64,000 bases of DNA, from NCBI GenBank assembly GCA_002633005.1, contig NMRA01000022.1, forward strand, positions 1,365,663 to 1,429,662. Reading direction: 5' to 3'. Made by a program: the position numbers and the translations under genes. Positions 1-11,878 of this stretch are shown here, piece by piece. The stretch comes from Phoronis australis (lineage: Eukaryota; Animalia; Phoronida). A model generated the notes under the pieces. The model did not search any database. It was not told the origin of the DNA and was given only the letters and a program-made list of their open reading frames with translations. Positions within the stretch are counted from its first letter, which is position 1. The number at the start of each line of letters is the position of its first letter.

Positions 1-849
1 GTCGTGTCGTTTAGTTCCTGCTTTACATTAGCATTAAGTTCGGAGCATGCAATCTCTAAATAATGTATAATACGTAATAACCCATATTTGAATGTTTTCC
101 AAATTAAAGAAAGAAAGACAAACTAATTAATATAATTCATGAGTCAGATTCTTCAAGTGACGTCATATACTTGTGCACATCTATGGAGTACTTCATCAAA
201 ATTGTTGTAAATATTTCTGACAGAGCCCAACTGGGAAACAGCGAAATTACTGATAAGTACTTCATACTTAGGCTTTCAAATATGCTATGATTTTTTTTGT
301 AAAACAAAATACAATTTCCAGAAAAAAAACAACTTACGTTTATGCAGGACCATATTGACAAAATGTGTGTGTATTTAGACAAAATTAGATAAAACTAAAG
401 ATTTTAACTCAGTAAAAGTGTATGTTTTCCCAATCTGTTACTAACCAGGTCACATGACCAAGCTTTTTTAGTGAAATTTAAACTAAAGAAAGGACAAGAT
501 ACAAAACAACAATATCAAAAACACGAACAAAGTCTATTAGATTTAAATGTTCGAGGTGAAATCTCAAAAACGTTGATCACTTTGAGCAACTTAAAGTTTT
601 TACATAAAAATCATGAAAGTCATAGCCCCTTGTGCAAAAACACAATATTTTAAAAAGTTAAATATCCCTAACAGCATTTTGGAAAACACTACATAAATCC
701 CAGTTCGAACTGAACATTTCTTAAGAATACAAACAGCCATTTCTAAGACATGATGTTCCAAATTTTGAAATTTTTCTTTTAAGGTTGTTCAAGGTCAAAT
801 CTTAAAAAAACAGATATCACGTTTAGAATAGGCTACTAAACAAACCTAC

Positions 850-3800
850 CTACTGATGCCCGTATCGTGGTGATGTCATAGCTCTCCAAGTGGTAAATCA
901 CTTCCTTCACAGCTTCACAACCCTCCTCTGCAGTAAACATCACCTCATGGTGCTCAGTACCCAGATGTTTAGCTACCTATCACCATAAGTACAGGGTGAT
1001 ATATCAAAAGTACCCACCATAAGAACGGGGTGATGAAAAGGGAGATGACGAGAAATGCATTGTCATATAAAGGGAGACAGAGTTATAAAAATTTTGGGAG
1101 CCCTAATCTTACATTTCTCCTATTTGTCAAAATTTAAACTCTCAGAAGTTCAGGATAATACAAAAGCGAACTGCAGCATTACAGGATCCTATGGTATGGA
1201 GAAAGCTAGTCGTAATCCCAACCAAATCTAGTTTATTTTATGTATTGGCTTTGGCGTTGAGATTCTCACAGCCCACTTTTTTACAGACTTATGATCTTTA
1301 CAGCTTTAACCACAACACAGCTATATTCAATTGTAATCAAGTAGCTTGTGATTTGTTTGTGGTCTGTGGTCAGTTGGTTTCAAAAGCCAGCTGTTTACAA
1401 TATGCACACATATAACCTAAAGGCACCAAAAAACTACCATGACTGAGTGCAAACTGTCTGTCCAATGACCCTTTAGGTTGATATAAAGGTCAAATCAGGG
1501 TCAGATAAACACAACTCACAAAGGCCAATCACTTCAGACTGAAACCTGTAACCTCAAATTCTAAATGCAGCTTAAAGTTGAGGAATACTTGTTTTAACAC
1601 TTTAATTGGTTACAAATCGAATCGTTTGGAATTGAAGCCAGACAAGATTCCATTTGTTTTGATAAAGTTTCAATTTTTTTCCACAAACACATTGAGGTCA
1701 TTTAATTGTCGTCTTTGATTGGCAACATTTGAGACTGGGGACGCAAATCACATCAAACATCAGAGCTCAACGCTAATAAAATCGGCAGGTTGCATTTTGC
1801 GACCTAGGCAAAATCCCAGGTCGCATTTTCGAAATCCAGCTTGCATTGATTCATAAATGCCAGGTCACAAAATTTTCGCGCCATTTTTATGCGCCAAAAT
1901 TAATTTTTTTGATCATCGAGAAAATGTTTAGATTATGCTTTTACTTGCAGCGTTAAATACTCACAAATTTCAGATTCCAAAATTGTCTTCGTTCATGCAG
2001 GTACAGCGTTACTGTTCTTCACGACCGCCTTGAAAGGCTCTAGAGCGCAAGGCAATTTGCCGACGTGAATGTTGAATTAGTGCTCTCTAACTGACATGTG
2101 AATTCGAGTAGCCAAGTTTGCGATATAAGGGGAGAAAATGCCCATTGAAAAAGTATCCGGGATTTTGCTAGGTCTAACCTGCTACTGGCTGTCATCAAAG
2201 TCGTTAAAGATTCAAATCAACTCTGAGTGCAAATTTCCCGGCTCCGTTTTTTTGTTCGCAGCCCAAATTTTGCAACTTGACTTTTGAAAAACATCTGTCG
2301 AAAAAAATCTGTGAAATGATGCCCTAACCGAATAAACGATTCAGTGCAAATTTTACAACAAAAATGTGGTACTTATGCTGTTTACGTAGCGCTACTCAAC
2401 AATTAGCCTCGAAATAATTCCCGACTCCCTGAGTGAGTTTCCATTGGGTAATGGCAAGTTTGCTCCTCAATACCTTTCAAGTACGGGAAAAAAAGATCAG
2501 TCACAAAACGACACGCATGTCACTAGTGCTAACTTTCTTTTGGAGGTATAAAACAAAGCCGGGAATTGTTTTTTTACACTATTGAGAAAAGACATTTTTT
2601 GAAAATTGGTTGTGTAAACTGAGACTGGCACACCATATAGGCTGCGTGTCAATTTTAAACCACGCGCGGTCGTTTGTAGTGCGCTATGATGGGTGCTAGC
2701 CTGAACTGTGGGCGCTTAATAGGAAATTATCAAAAGTTCAGGGGGAACGCTTTGTAGATCAATGAGCGCTTCAAAGGTAGGGAGTAAACTTGTGCGTGAG
2801 CACAGTCGATAACCTGAGTGTTTGCAGTAAAAAGATATCAAAAGACTACAATGATAAGACACGTTATAATAACATGATTTTGCGAGGCAAACTCCATCTA
2901 GTAGGGGTAACTTTCTGGATATCGTTATCACCTACACCATAAAATTTTAGCCACCCAGAATAATTTTGTTTTTAATTGCCTGCTTCAGCCGGAACAAGAT
3001 TGTTTCTATTGGAGTCTGAACATTTTTATGGCAGCGGTGGTCCGGGGAGCGAAAAGTTGGCGGGGAGGGGGTGTATGAAGAGAAGAATAAAAAGTTCGCT
3101 AACCACAATTTCGCATCTAGTACCCGTTTCGTTGCAATAGCTGGCTACGGGCATAGAATATTGGGTTTAGAGAACATCAATCTCAGGGAAGATCGGAACC
3201 GGAAAATATCAGTTCTGGTTTATGTCAGTCGAGGGTGAATATCGTAAAGATCGGGTCTTTTATAACCGCCGCAAATCTATCAGGGGGTTCATTTTCAAAT
3301 AAACCATTGGCACCCAGGTGCTTAACAGAGCCAAGCCGGTATACTCTTTCAAGTAGGACTGTCGCTGTTCTCTTTTGATGTGCAGCTTTGAACTGGTGCA
3401 CACGCGTGAGTTCAAGCACTTGAATCGCTGGAATAGGCCTACACGTTACATTGGCAACAACGTGTGAAAGACAAATCATATTTCACGCACGTAGCTCCAG
3501 AAACAATTAAGTAAAGGGGTTTGAGAATTTCTTGGGAACTGAAAGTAACGATGTGATCGTCATTTGACGATAAATAAGGTTGTCATTTTCACTTTGGCTG
3601 TCTTATGGGATAAAAACGAGGTGCACATCTCTCACTCTCATGCAATCACGATTGTCTGCCGGGACTGCTTGCACGCTAACAACGGAACCGACCAGCGCCC
3701 CAATACGATATCAGGGATATTGTCGTGGATATTTGGTACATGTAATAAGGACATCTTATGCAAAAAATAAACATATTTGTCTACCACAAAGTTTGGTAAG

Positions 3801-6800
3801 TGTTGATCGGTTAAGAATTAAAAGAAACACTGCTGCTTTGTGACGTTTTTTAACGTGTTATGCAGTGGCCCGAAACTTTCTTCGGCGAATCCGGAAATTT
3901 CCTAACTTCGGGTCAGGAATGCGACCTGCAGCTCGTTAAGACGAGCCCTGAACATGCAGATTTGTATTGAAAAACTAACGACCCATTTTCCTTAAATTCA
4001 TGTTGAATATACTACAAATGACAAGCTACTAACCTTCCTTGCATTGAGTACATCAGGAGATTCTTCACCCATTCCAATGGAGAATGTTTGTATCTTGTAC
4101 GGTAGTTTGAGTTCATTAGCACACTGTACAACCAGGGCTGCGACTAGACTAGAGTCTAGACCACCTGAAAATGTAGTCAAAGATGTTTCAATGGAATTTG
4201 TATTGTATGTGCACAAATGTTATCAAAATAAAATCTAAAATAAAATCAAAAAAGCTTTGCATTTGGCTATAAACTGACAGTTTTGAAGGTTTTTACTATA
4301 TACTCACAAGTGCATCTGGTGGTGTTAAAAAAAACTAAGAATTGTTCACCTCCTGTGTTTGAATGGATAATTATGCTAATCTCGGTTAGCTTTAAAAATC
4401 CAAATGCATCAAGTCCACAACACCACTTAGGCTATAAAGATGAAAAACATGTCTCCCTATTTACCTGACAAGAGACACCCAATCCGTCTCTGAGATGCCA
4501 TCCTCTTTTTAACAGCTGCTTTTAACAGATTACGGATGTTGAGTTTGACATCCACGGGATCTGCAAGTGGCCAATTCAAATCATTGTCAGTACTAAAATG
4601 TCGTACACACATGTACATATATGAAGTTTAGGAGACTGAAAGTGAATCCATCTCACTCCTGAACCATACTTTAATGGAAACAATGCTTAACAGCATCTGT
4701 ACCGTTTTTATCTATAAACAGAGTCAAGGGCAACATGACAGCAATTTAAGTAACAATTCTAAAATCAGCCTCGTGAAATTGTCCGACAGAAATTATCCGA
4801 CAAGCAGCAATTGACACATTTGTCACAGAAAGAAATTTCAATGGGAGAATAAGTCTTGCAAAATGACCACTGCAACAATATAAGATATCAACCATTCAAC
4901 TGATTGTAGTACTTAGCGCACCTTACGGCTATTAAACTAAATCTAAAATCCTGTGAGAATTTTTAGGTTTATCAGCATCTACATCATTTTATTTGGTGTT
5001 AAGGAAAGTTGAGAACGATGTGAATAACAATTCTAAAATCAGACTGATGATATTTTCTGACAAACGGGAATCGACGCATGTGTCTCAGTGAGAATAGCTT
5101 TTGCTAAATGAACACTCCAACAAATGATAGTTGTTGTAGTTAGCACTTCTTATTTTACCATATTCTAGATATAACCTACAATGCTTAGTTTGACTCTTTT
5201 ATTCCCAGTACTTGGTTTGTGAACTTGGTCAGTTTGAACACTTACCAACAGGGGGTGCTAGTGTCATATACTTAGGAGGCATTCCTATTTCATGGAATTT
5301 GATTTTCTCCCTCAGTTTCGCTTTGCCGCTGTTGTCTACAACATACTCCTCAATATACCCAGGTGAGAACGGGTCCACAGAGATGTTCTTTTCACTAACA
5401 TTTTGAAGACCTGAAATACACAATCAGTTAATCATACAATGTACTACAACCCAAAACCGATCACAAAATCTGTTTCCCATGTTGGCAGCTACTGAGCAGT
5501 TGACTTGTCATTCCAACAGATCTGACAGAATTTCACAAGTGCTCAGCCGACGGAAAATTCCAGGACAACTTGTTTGATTATTTTTCATGTGCAGGTCATC
5601 TTGTACGACAGCACTTTAGCCTTAGACCAGTTGACAAGGAAGCTAGGCATTCTTCATATTGGCGCTGAACATGGATCATACATGTAACATTTTGGCACCG
5701 ATAGTATAATCACCTTTAGCCTCAGAGCAGATGGCTAGGAATCCATCCTGTGTATAAGCCCTGAACATGGGTCGTACACCATACGTGTCACGACCTAGAA
5801 ACACCTTCCTCTCCGCAGTATCCAGAATACAGAAAGCGAACACACCATCCAGGTGTTGGGCAGCGAACTCAATCCCGCCATGGTTGTACAGATGCAGAAT
5901 GGCCTCGCCATCACACGCAGTCTCGTATGGGAAGTCGAATTTCTTTTGAACCTTTTAAAGAAGAACAAATTGTAAGGTGCTAGTACTATCCCACACTTTT
6001 CTTTACTAGATAAATGCCTACCTTCATAAATCTTGGAATAGGATCTGAGTACATGAATGTTGCACCCTTTCAAGATATGATTACCACTGACAGAACTAGC
6101 CCATTAAGTCAGTTTTTAAGGACTAGTCAATATGTAAGGACAAGTCAATATTAAAATTCCAACCAATATGCAAGGACTTTTCAATATGTAAGGACTAGTC
6201 AATAATCAATCAAGGGCTATAGTCAATATGTCAGGACTATCCAATATGCAAGGATTACCCAGTATGCAACTGCAGTGATCTCCTAGACATGTAACACGGT
6301 GATGCGCCACCTTTGAAATGTTTTACGCCATGTGTGGAACTCATGAGCAGTGTTTGAAAAGCCCTGAGCCATGTTTGAAATCTGAAGCCATGTTTGCAAA
6401 GGCAGCCAAATGAGAGATACAAGATAAATGAAATGTACTAGTGTTGCATAGTGGTACTTATTTTGATCATTTTGAATTGAAAATGATAGCTACATGCCAA
6501 GCATGTGAAAATAATGTGTAACAAATTGTTGTTTTTCTGAATTAACATAATGGAATTTAGGATACAAAAACATGATGCTGAATTTGTACTATATATATAT
6601 GAATTTTTACTATGCAAAAACCAGTCAATATGCATGGACTGGTCAATATTCAAGAACGAGTCAGTAATATTCAAGGGCTAGCCAATATTCAAGAACTAAC
6701 TCAATATTCAAGGACTAGTCAATATAAAAGGACTAAATATACAAGGACTAGCAAATATACAAGGACTAGCCAATTCAAGGACTAGCCAATATACAAGAAC

Positions 6801-8040
6801 TAGTCAATATTCAAGGACTAGTCAATATTGAAGTACTAGCCCTATTCAAGAGCCAGTCGATATTCAAAAACTAGCCAATATTCAAGAACTAGTCAATATG
6901 AAAGGACTAGTCAATAGCAAGGACTATATACAAGGACTAGCCAACATTCAGGGACTAGCCAACAGGCAAGAACTAGTCAATATTCAATGACTAGACAACA
7001 CTAATTCATTCGCACATGCTGGGGCACAGTCACCATGTCTAGCCACTTCCAGGTGAAAACTGCTGTGATAGCTGATTATAATTCTCCCTTTAAATAAAGT
7101 CAGACAGAATGAAAAGTTAGTTTTTTGACAGCTGGTTTAGCATTAAAAATCACATACCACTTTGTAGTTGTAGATTTCACCGTTGTAGATCAGCCAAAGA
7201 TGAGGAAATATGTGAATTCTCATTGGTTGCATGCCATAGATGCTGAAAATGTTCAGAAACATAATAACAAAATGACCAGCATAACTAAGGGCCAAAACCC
7301 AGTAAGGGGTCTGTCAATAACCTGGCAGTTTCAAATTGATCTTTGTAAATTATAATAGACAGGTAGGCAAAAGTGAATTTCAAAATCATATCCAAAATGA
7401 CATTTTGGAACATCTTTGTTGAGGGCAAATGGTGTTTTCCATGCAAGAACGTGTGGCTAAGCCTCTAGCATTAATTTGTGAATCAATTAGGATGGATTAG
7501 TCAGTCTGACATAGGCTCGCTTAGACTTTGGGGTAACAAAACCCCAAATGTTAGCATAGGTGTTGTCTCATGTTGGCACCGTGAAAAAGAGACAATAGCA
7601 ACTGTATAGCTATGACTGGTCAGAGGGTCTGATCCATAGGAACTGGATTTGAACTCGCGGCATTGTACTGGTATGTATGTTTTAGGACACTATGTATATC
7701 TACTAAAGTACTGAAGAGTAAGTATGTAGCACGACATGAGCATTCAATATAAATGTTGAGAATTCTGACTGGAAGGAATTACATGTAATATCTGTACGTG
7801 TGGGCATCAACCTGGATGAGTGCAGTGCTTAATATAACATCACATGCTGAAAATTAGACACAATGCTACTAACTTGTCGATGATAGCCAGCCTATGGAAT
7901 CCTAGGGCACAGCTTGGCCCTATGGGGTTGACGTTTTCTATACGGAAAGCGTCCGGCCCTCGGTGCGCAATCTTCCACATACAGCTGCATTGCTTAGAGA
8001 TGCACTCCTCACTTCCAAACACAGCCCAGATGCCACACAT
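850..8040 (-). CDS. ASNS: Asparagine synthetase (glutamine-hydrolysing), 5' part; 7 coding exons in window, gene continues beyond position 1
   Basis: Exons 8040-7874, 7242-7158, 5951-5714, 5410-5246, 4560-4465, 4164-4034 and 976-850, all GT-AG with matching phases (1009 nt). Spliced translation: MCGIWAVFG (N-terminal Ntn Cys), [65 protein letters not shown] (PP-loop), [30 protein letters not shown]. Confidence 0.97.
1761..3950. mobile_element. ~2.2-kb non-autonomous DNA transposon (hAT-like termini, 5-bp TSD) in an ASNS intron
   Basis: Left end CAGAGCTCAACGCTAA...GCAGGTTGCATT; right end reverse-complements to CAGGGCTCGTCTTAA...GCAGGTCGCATT. Flanked by AACAT at 1756-1760 and 3951-3955. No transposase ORF recognised. 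Confidence 0.65.
6092..7000. repeat. ~18-bp minisatellite (consensus AAGGACTAGTCAATATTC) in two blocks, about 6092-6265 and 6620-7000
   Basis: Many degenerate copies of ggactag(t/c)caatat read directly. The blocks are separated by about 350 bp of unrelated sequence beginning CAGTGATCTCC. Confidence 0.9.
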
Positions 8041-9531
8041 CTTCTCTGAAATGACAGTGCATAGATTGTGTACGTAGTGGTCTGCAGTTCTCGCCCTCAA
8101 TCCCTCACTTTTGGAATCCAATATCGGCCCCATTTTTCCACTGAAAAATATTGAAAACCAAACGAAATCCCTCTCAAAATGACTAAAAATTCCCCTCAAG
8201 TGATTGAAAAATTACCCTCGAGGTTCGAATCACTTGTAACTCACATTAAGGTGAAAATTTGAAAGAGCACAAAATGTTAGTTTTGGTTACTTGAGGCAGA
8301 GCCTATGAGAGCTTGCAGCAGTGTGGGTGTGCTATTGATGGTGATCGGGAGGCAGAAATTTTCCCTCACCCCGAAATATTCCCTTCCCAGAAGGCACATG
8401 CAACTTTCCTCTCAGATGAACGAGGGCCCTGATGTAGACGGCATTACATTAATATAGGTAACTGAATGGTTCTGGCATTACATAAATGAGGAACAAGATG
8501 AGTTTTAGAATAAATATCACTCGAGGGTGAAGCCCTAGAAACCATCTCGCTTGAACCTATTCCTCAATTTTCTGTGATATATTACACTTGCCCTGTTAGA
8601 AACTTTCAGTTCCTTCATGTTGATGCTTAAATGGAACCACTAAGATGACATCATAGGTCATCAGGTCAATACTAATGACAACAAAATATAGGTATATTTG
8701 TCGTCTGCTCTGTCAAAATGGCTTACAAATTCAGTGAAGAAAGTTTGCCAAGATTTGATGTTGTTTTAACGGAGGAGCCAGACAAAAGATCCGGTTCTTA
8801 GATGAATTTTGAAGACGTTGAGGAAATAGTGCAGTCGAAGAAAGTAAAAACACATCAGCAAAACAAAATATGTCATGACCTTCGAAACGTACATGTAGCT
8901 CTCAGCAACCTGACCATTTAATGTTGAAATTTGACAGTGGTTTATCATTGATATCAGAATTGTTGTTCATTCAGCTAGAATGCATTCTGGTTTTTGAAGT
9001 TTGATTGTTTTGCATACATCTATTAATAAATGTTTCAAAGTTCCTTTACGTAGAGTAATATTAGACTCAAGGAATATTTCTCAGACATTGAGTATCCTTG
9101 CACACAATTTGTTACATTTTTCAACTCTGCTTGAAGTGCGCTAAGCAATTATATCGTCCTGAATGCCGGCCAACCGAGGGGCTATGTGTTGCCTAGGAGC
9201 GTGCATGCCGTCGCATAGTGATGCGCTTGCAAATTCTGAGACCCAAGTTAAAATCCGTCACAAGCCCATGACAGCATTCTGTCTTTCAGCAAATTTTCCA
9301 GATGTGAGGGGTTCCAAACGTGCCATAACATCTGGCTCATTTGTTAACTGCCCAGCACCATCGTTTCTCCTGTATGACAACAAGCAGGCCAATTATCTCC
9401 CAGGCTTCAAAGGGTTACTGAAACCTGGCAGAATGGATTGTCTTAACTTCTGTTGTAGTTGGGCGATTTTGGTGATTCAAAAACTAAACATGATCAGCAT
9501 TTGACAAGGAATTCAGAAATGCTATTGGTTT

Positions 9532-9766
9532 ATGTTCAAATATGTTATAACTTAACTTTCATTTTTAGCAGCACAGCCCAGTCAGGCTATAGGATCTGAT
9601 CCCAGATTAGAGCAATTATCAAACAAAAGAAAGCTGGCCCTCCAACCATAACTGCCAGAATGAAGTTAATCACTCATGTAAGATATTGGCTACAGGGGTA
9701 AACTTCCCAACTTGTTGTTGGGCTATAGAATCGAACAAGTTGGGAGCAAGGGGAAAAAGCCGTAAT
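9532..9766. repeat. Dispersed ~240-bp interspersed repeat, copy 1 (copy 2 at about 28096-28329)
   Basis: Shared blocks tgttcaaatatgttataacttaactttt, gattagagcaatta, gtaagatattggctacagggg and cttcccaacttgttgttg occur at both positions. Confidence 0.85.
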
Positions 9767-10809
9767 CATAACTAATGCAAGTTTCAAATTTCCCACCAAA
9801 TCCATATGTCACTCCATGACATAACTAAAATGGTTACTAATGTACCCTTGTGTAGTGTAATGTACCTTCAACCTTTGGGCTACAAAATATTGCCCACAAG
9901 TATTTTTTACATACTGCTGTTCTCATGAACAATACTGATATTTTCAAAATGAATCCAGTCTGACAAAAAACAATGGACAATATCAAATTTGTGGGCAATA
10001 AAATGCCACACAGGACTTGGCTAGTAACATCCTAGAAGACACGTCAAGTGATGTTACAGAGGCAGGTTCTCTCTCTATCTCTCAAGAGAACTTGCAACAA
10101 ACCAACAAGTAGTGGCAGCACAAAACTCGAGACCATCCCATACATTTGTAACTTAGTAAAAAATCTGACGTTGATTGACTATGCGTAGTGTATGTACCCC
10201 CCAACCAGTACCATTTTTACTGTTTAAGAGTGGAACACTGGGCCTAGCATTGCTTCAACTATTTTGACCAACTGTTGAATGTATTGAAAACTAGGCAAAT
10301 AGCACCAATAAAGTTTTTGAAAAAGTAGTTACTTGTCATTTCCTTTTTGTAAGAATCATATTGCAAGAGAAGAAGTTCTCATTATACTGTGTTAAGATAT
10401 GCAATGTATCATCATCTAGAACAGCACGGTAATAACTTTTCTTATTTTAGTATGTGATACTTCTTCAGTTTGATCAAGAACTTTCTGTTAAATTAACAGC
10501 CATCTTTTGAATGGTAGAAGTGGGCTGTGACCACAAGTTGTAGTGTACGTATATACCCTTTTATATGTAACTGTGATGCATTAGGCCATAAAATTTTAGA
10601 TTACAAACCTGGAATGATGATATTTCAAAATAAGTCCGCCTTTACAGTTATATGACAACCTTCATTTTTCACCAAAAGTGGCCACCGAATATGGACCTTG
10701 ATAGTGATTTGCCCACAAATGATGTCTAGAGAAATCATAGTAAGTGAGGGGTAATAGTTGTTTTAGCATATGCGGCTATAGTTTGTGATTATAGCATCCA
10801 TTCACTAGT

Positions 10810-11209
10810 TGTAGTAGAGATAGAGGCTGTAGTGAAGACTGAAGCGAGTGAGAAGTGAACAGTTGTTCCATGTGTCAAGCTGGAAAGCGGTCAACAGAGC
10901 GTTCAGGAGATGTATATGGAGACCCGCCGAGAGGCTGAAGCCCGAAGTAGACAAGTCCTCTGGCTCTTATATCTGGTGGGGTATCGCAGAGCTTGTAGAT
11001 ACCACATGCAGTCTCCGAGCGCACCTCGAATACAGTCTTCATTCTGACTGGGCAGACTAGATAGCAGATGCCACAGATATTTTGATGTTTCTGCGTCTTC
11101 AGTAGGCTGGCTATGTAACCACTTATTTACAGGCGGGTTACGTGTCTAGCTACACATGCGTCCTCAGCTCCTGATCGTCCACAATACACTATATACCGAA
11201 TATACTGCA
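10810..11209 (-). mobile_element. Possible solo LTR
   Basis: TGTAGTA...TACTGCA termini. Minus-strand TATA-like ATATAAGAGC near 10963-10972 followed by a pyrimidine-rich tract. No clear TSD or AATAAA. Confidence 0.25.
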
Positions 11210-11361
11210 AGTAGTATAGTAGTATACATACCGGTATAGCTGTATTGGGGATGATCAGAAGCTAAGGACGCCAGTGTCTAGACAATGACAATCGCCTCTG
11301 GTCGGGCCAACAGAGGCGATGGTCATTGCCTAGCCAGTGTCTAGCTATAGCTGGTGGTTAC

Positions 11362-11680
11362 CTGAAGCCAACACAAACTTTACGACACGCTTCGATTCCT
11401 TGCTGCATTTTGACGCTATCCTCCGTTCACCTGTCTTGCTGGCTAAGGCAGGAGTGACCCGGTGCTGGTGTCCGCTCTCGGGACGGGGAAACCAAGCGTG
11501 GCCATTTCGCGTACAGGCATAAACACAACAGCACCAATGACCAAGAGTCAAGACGAGGGCACTAGTCGGACGTAGCGGTCAACACTGCAAATGATGAAAC
11601 GTTTCCTCACCCTGACAATGAACGCACACAATCGCCGGTAGGTGTCGGGCATTCCTATGACGTCACTGTGCGTGTAACCG
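11362..11680 (-). promoter_or_regulatory. Inferred ASNS non-coding first exon and promoter region
   Basis: An acceptor sits 5 nt before the ASNS ATG (ttcag|agaagATG, 8047-8046), implying an upstream UTR exon. A GC/CpG-richer segment ends in a minus-strand donor CAG|GTAACC at 11362/11361. CCAAT near 11534, TGATGAAAC at 11592-11600, TGACGTCA at 11658-11665. Confidence 0.35.
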
Positions 11681-11878
11681 ACTGGCAACCAAGTCGGAAA
11701 AAGAACTCGAACTTTAAAGTCAATTAATTAAACATGGGATGAAGGTATGGGAAAATCAACGCCACAGATGAACTTCTATACGCCTAGTGAACACGTGGAT
11801 ACTAAAATCATGATTGTAGATTAAAAAGTAAAGAAGTTATGGTGGTTGAAAGTGGGACCGCTACGTCCGACTAGTGCC
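11558..11878. mobile_element. 321-bp MITE with perfect 23-bp TIRs (GG termini, Merlin-like)
   Basis: GGCACTAGTCGGACGTAGCGGTC at 11558-11580 and its exact reverse complement at 11856-11878. TSD cannot be read because the N gap starts at 11880. Confidence 0.75.

Noticed and set aside
7840-8199. 119-aa ORF implying an N-terminal extension of ASNS
   Set aside because: Ntn amidotransferases need Cys at position 2, and a splice acceptor lies 5 nt before the MCG start, so the upstream part is intronic.
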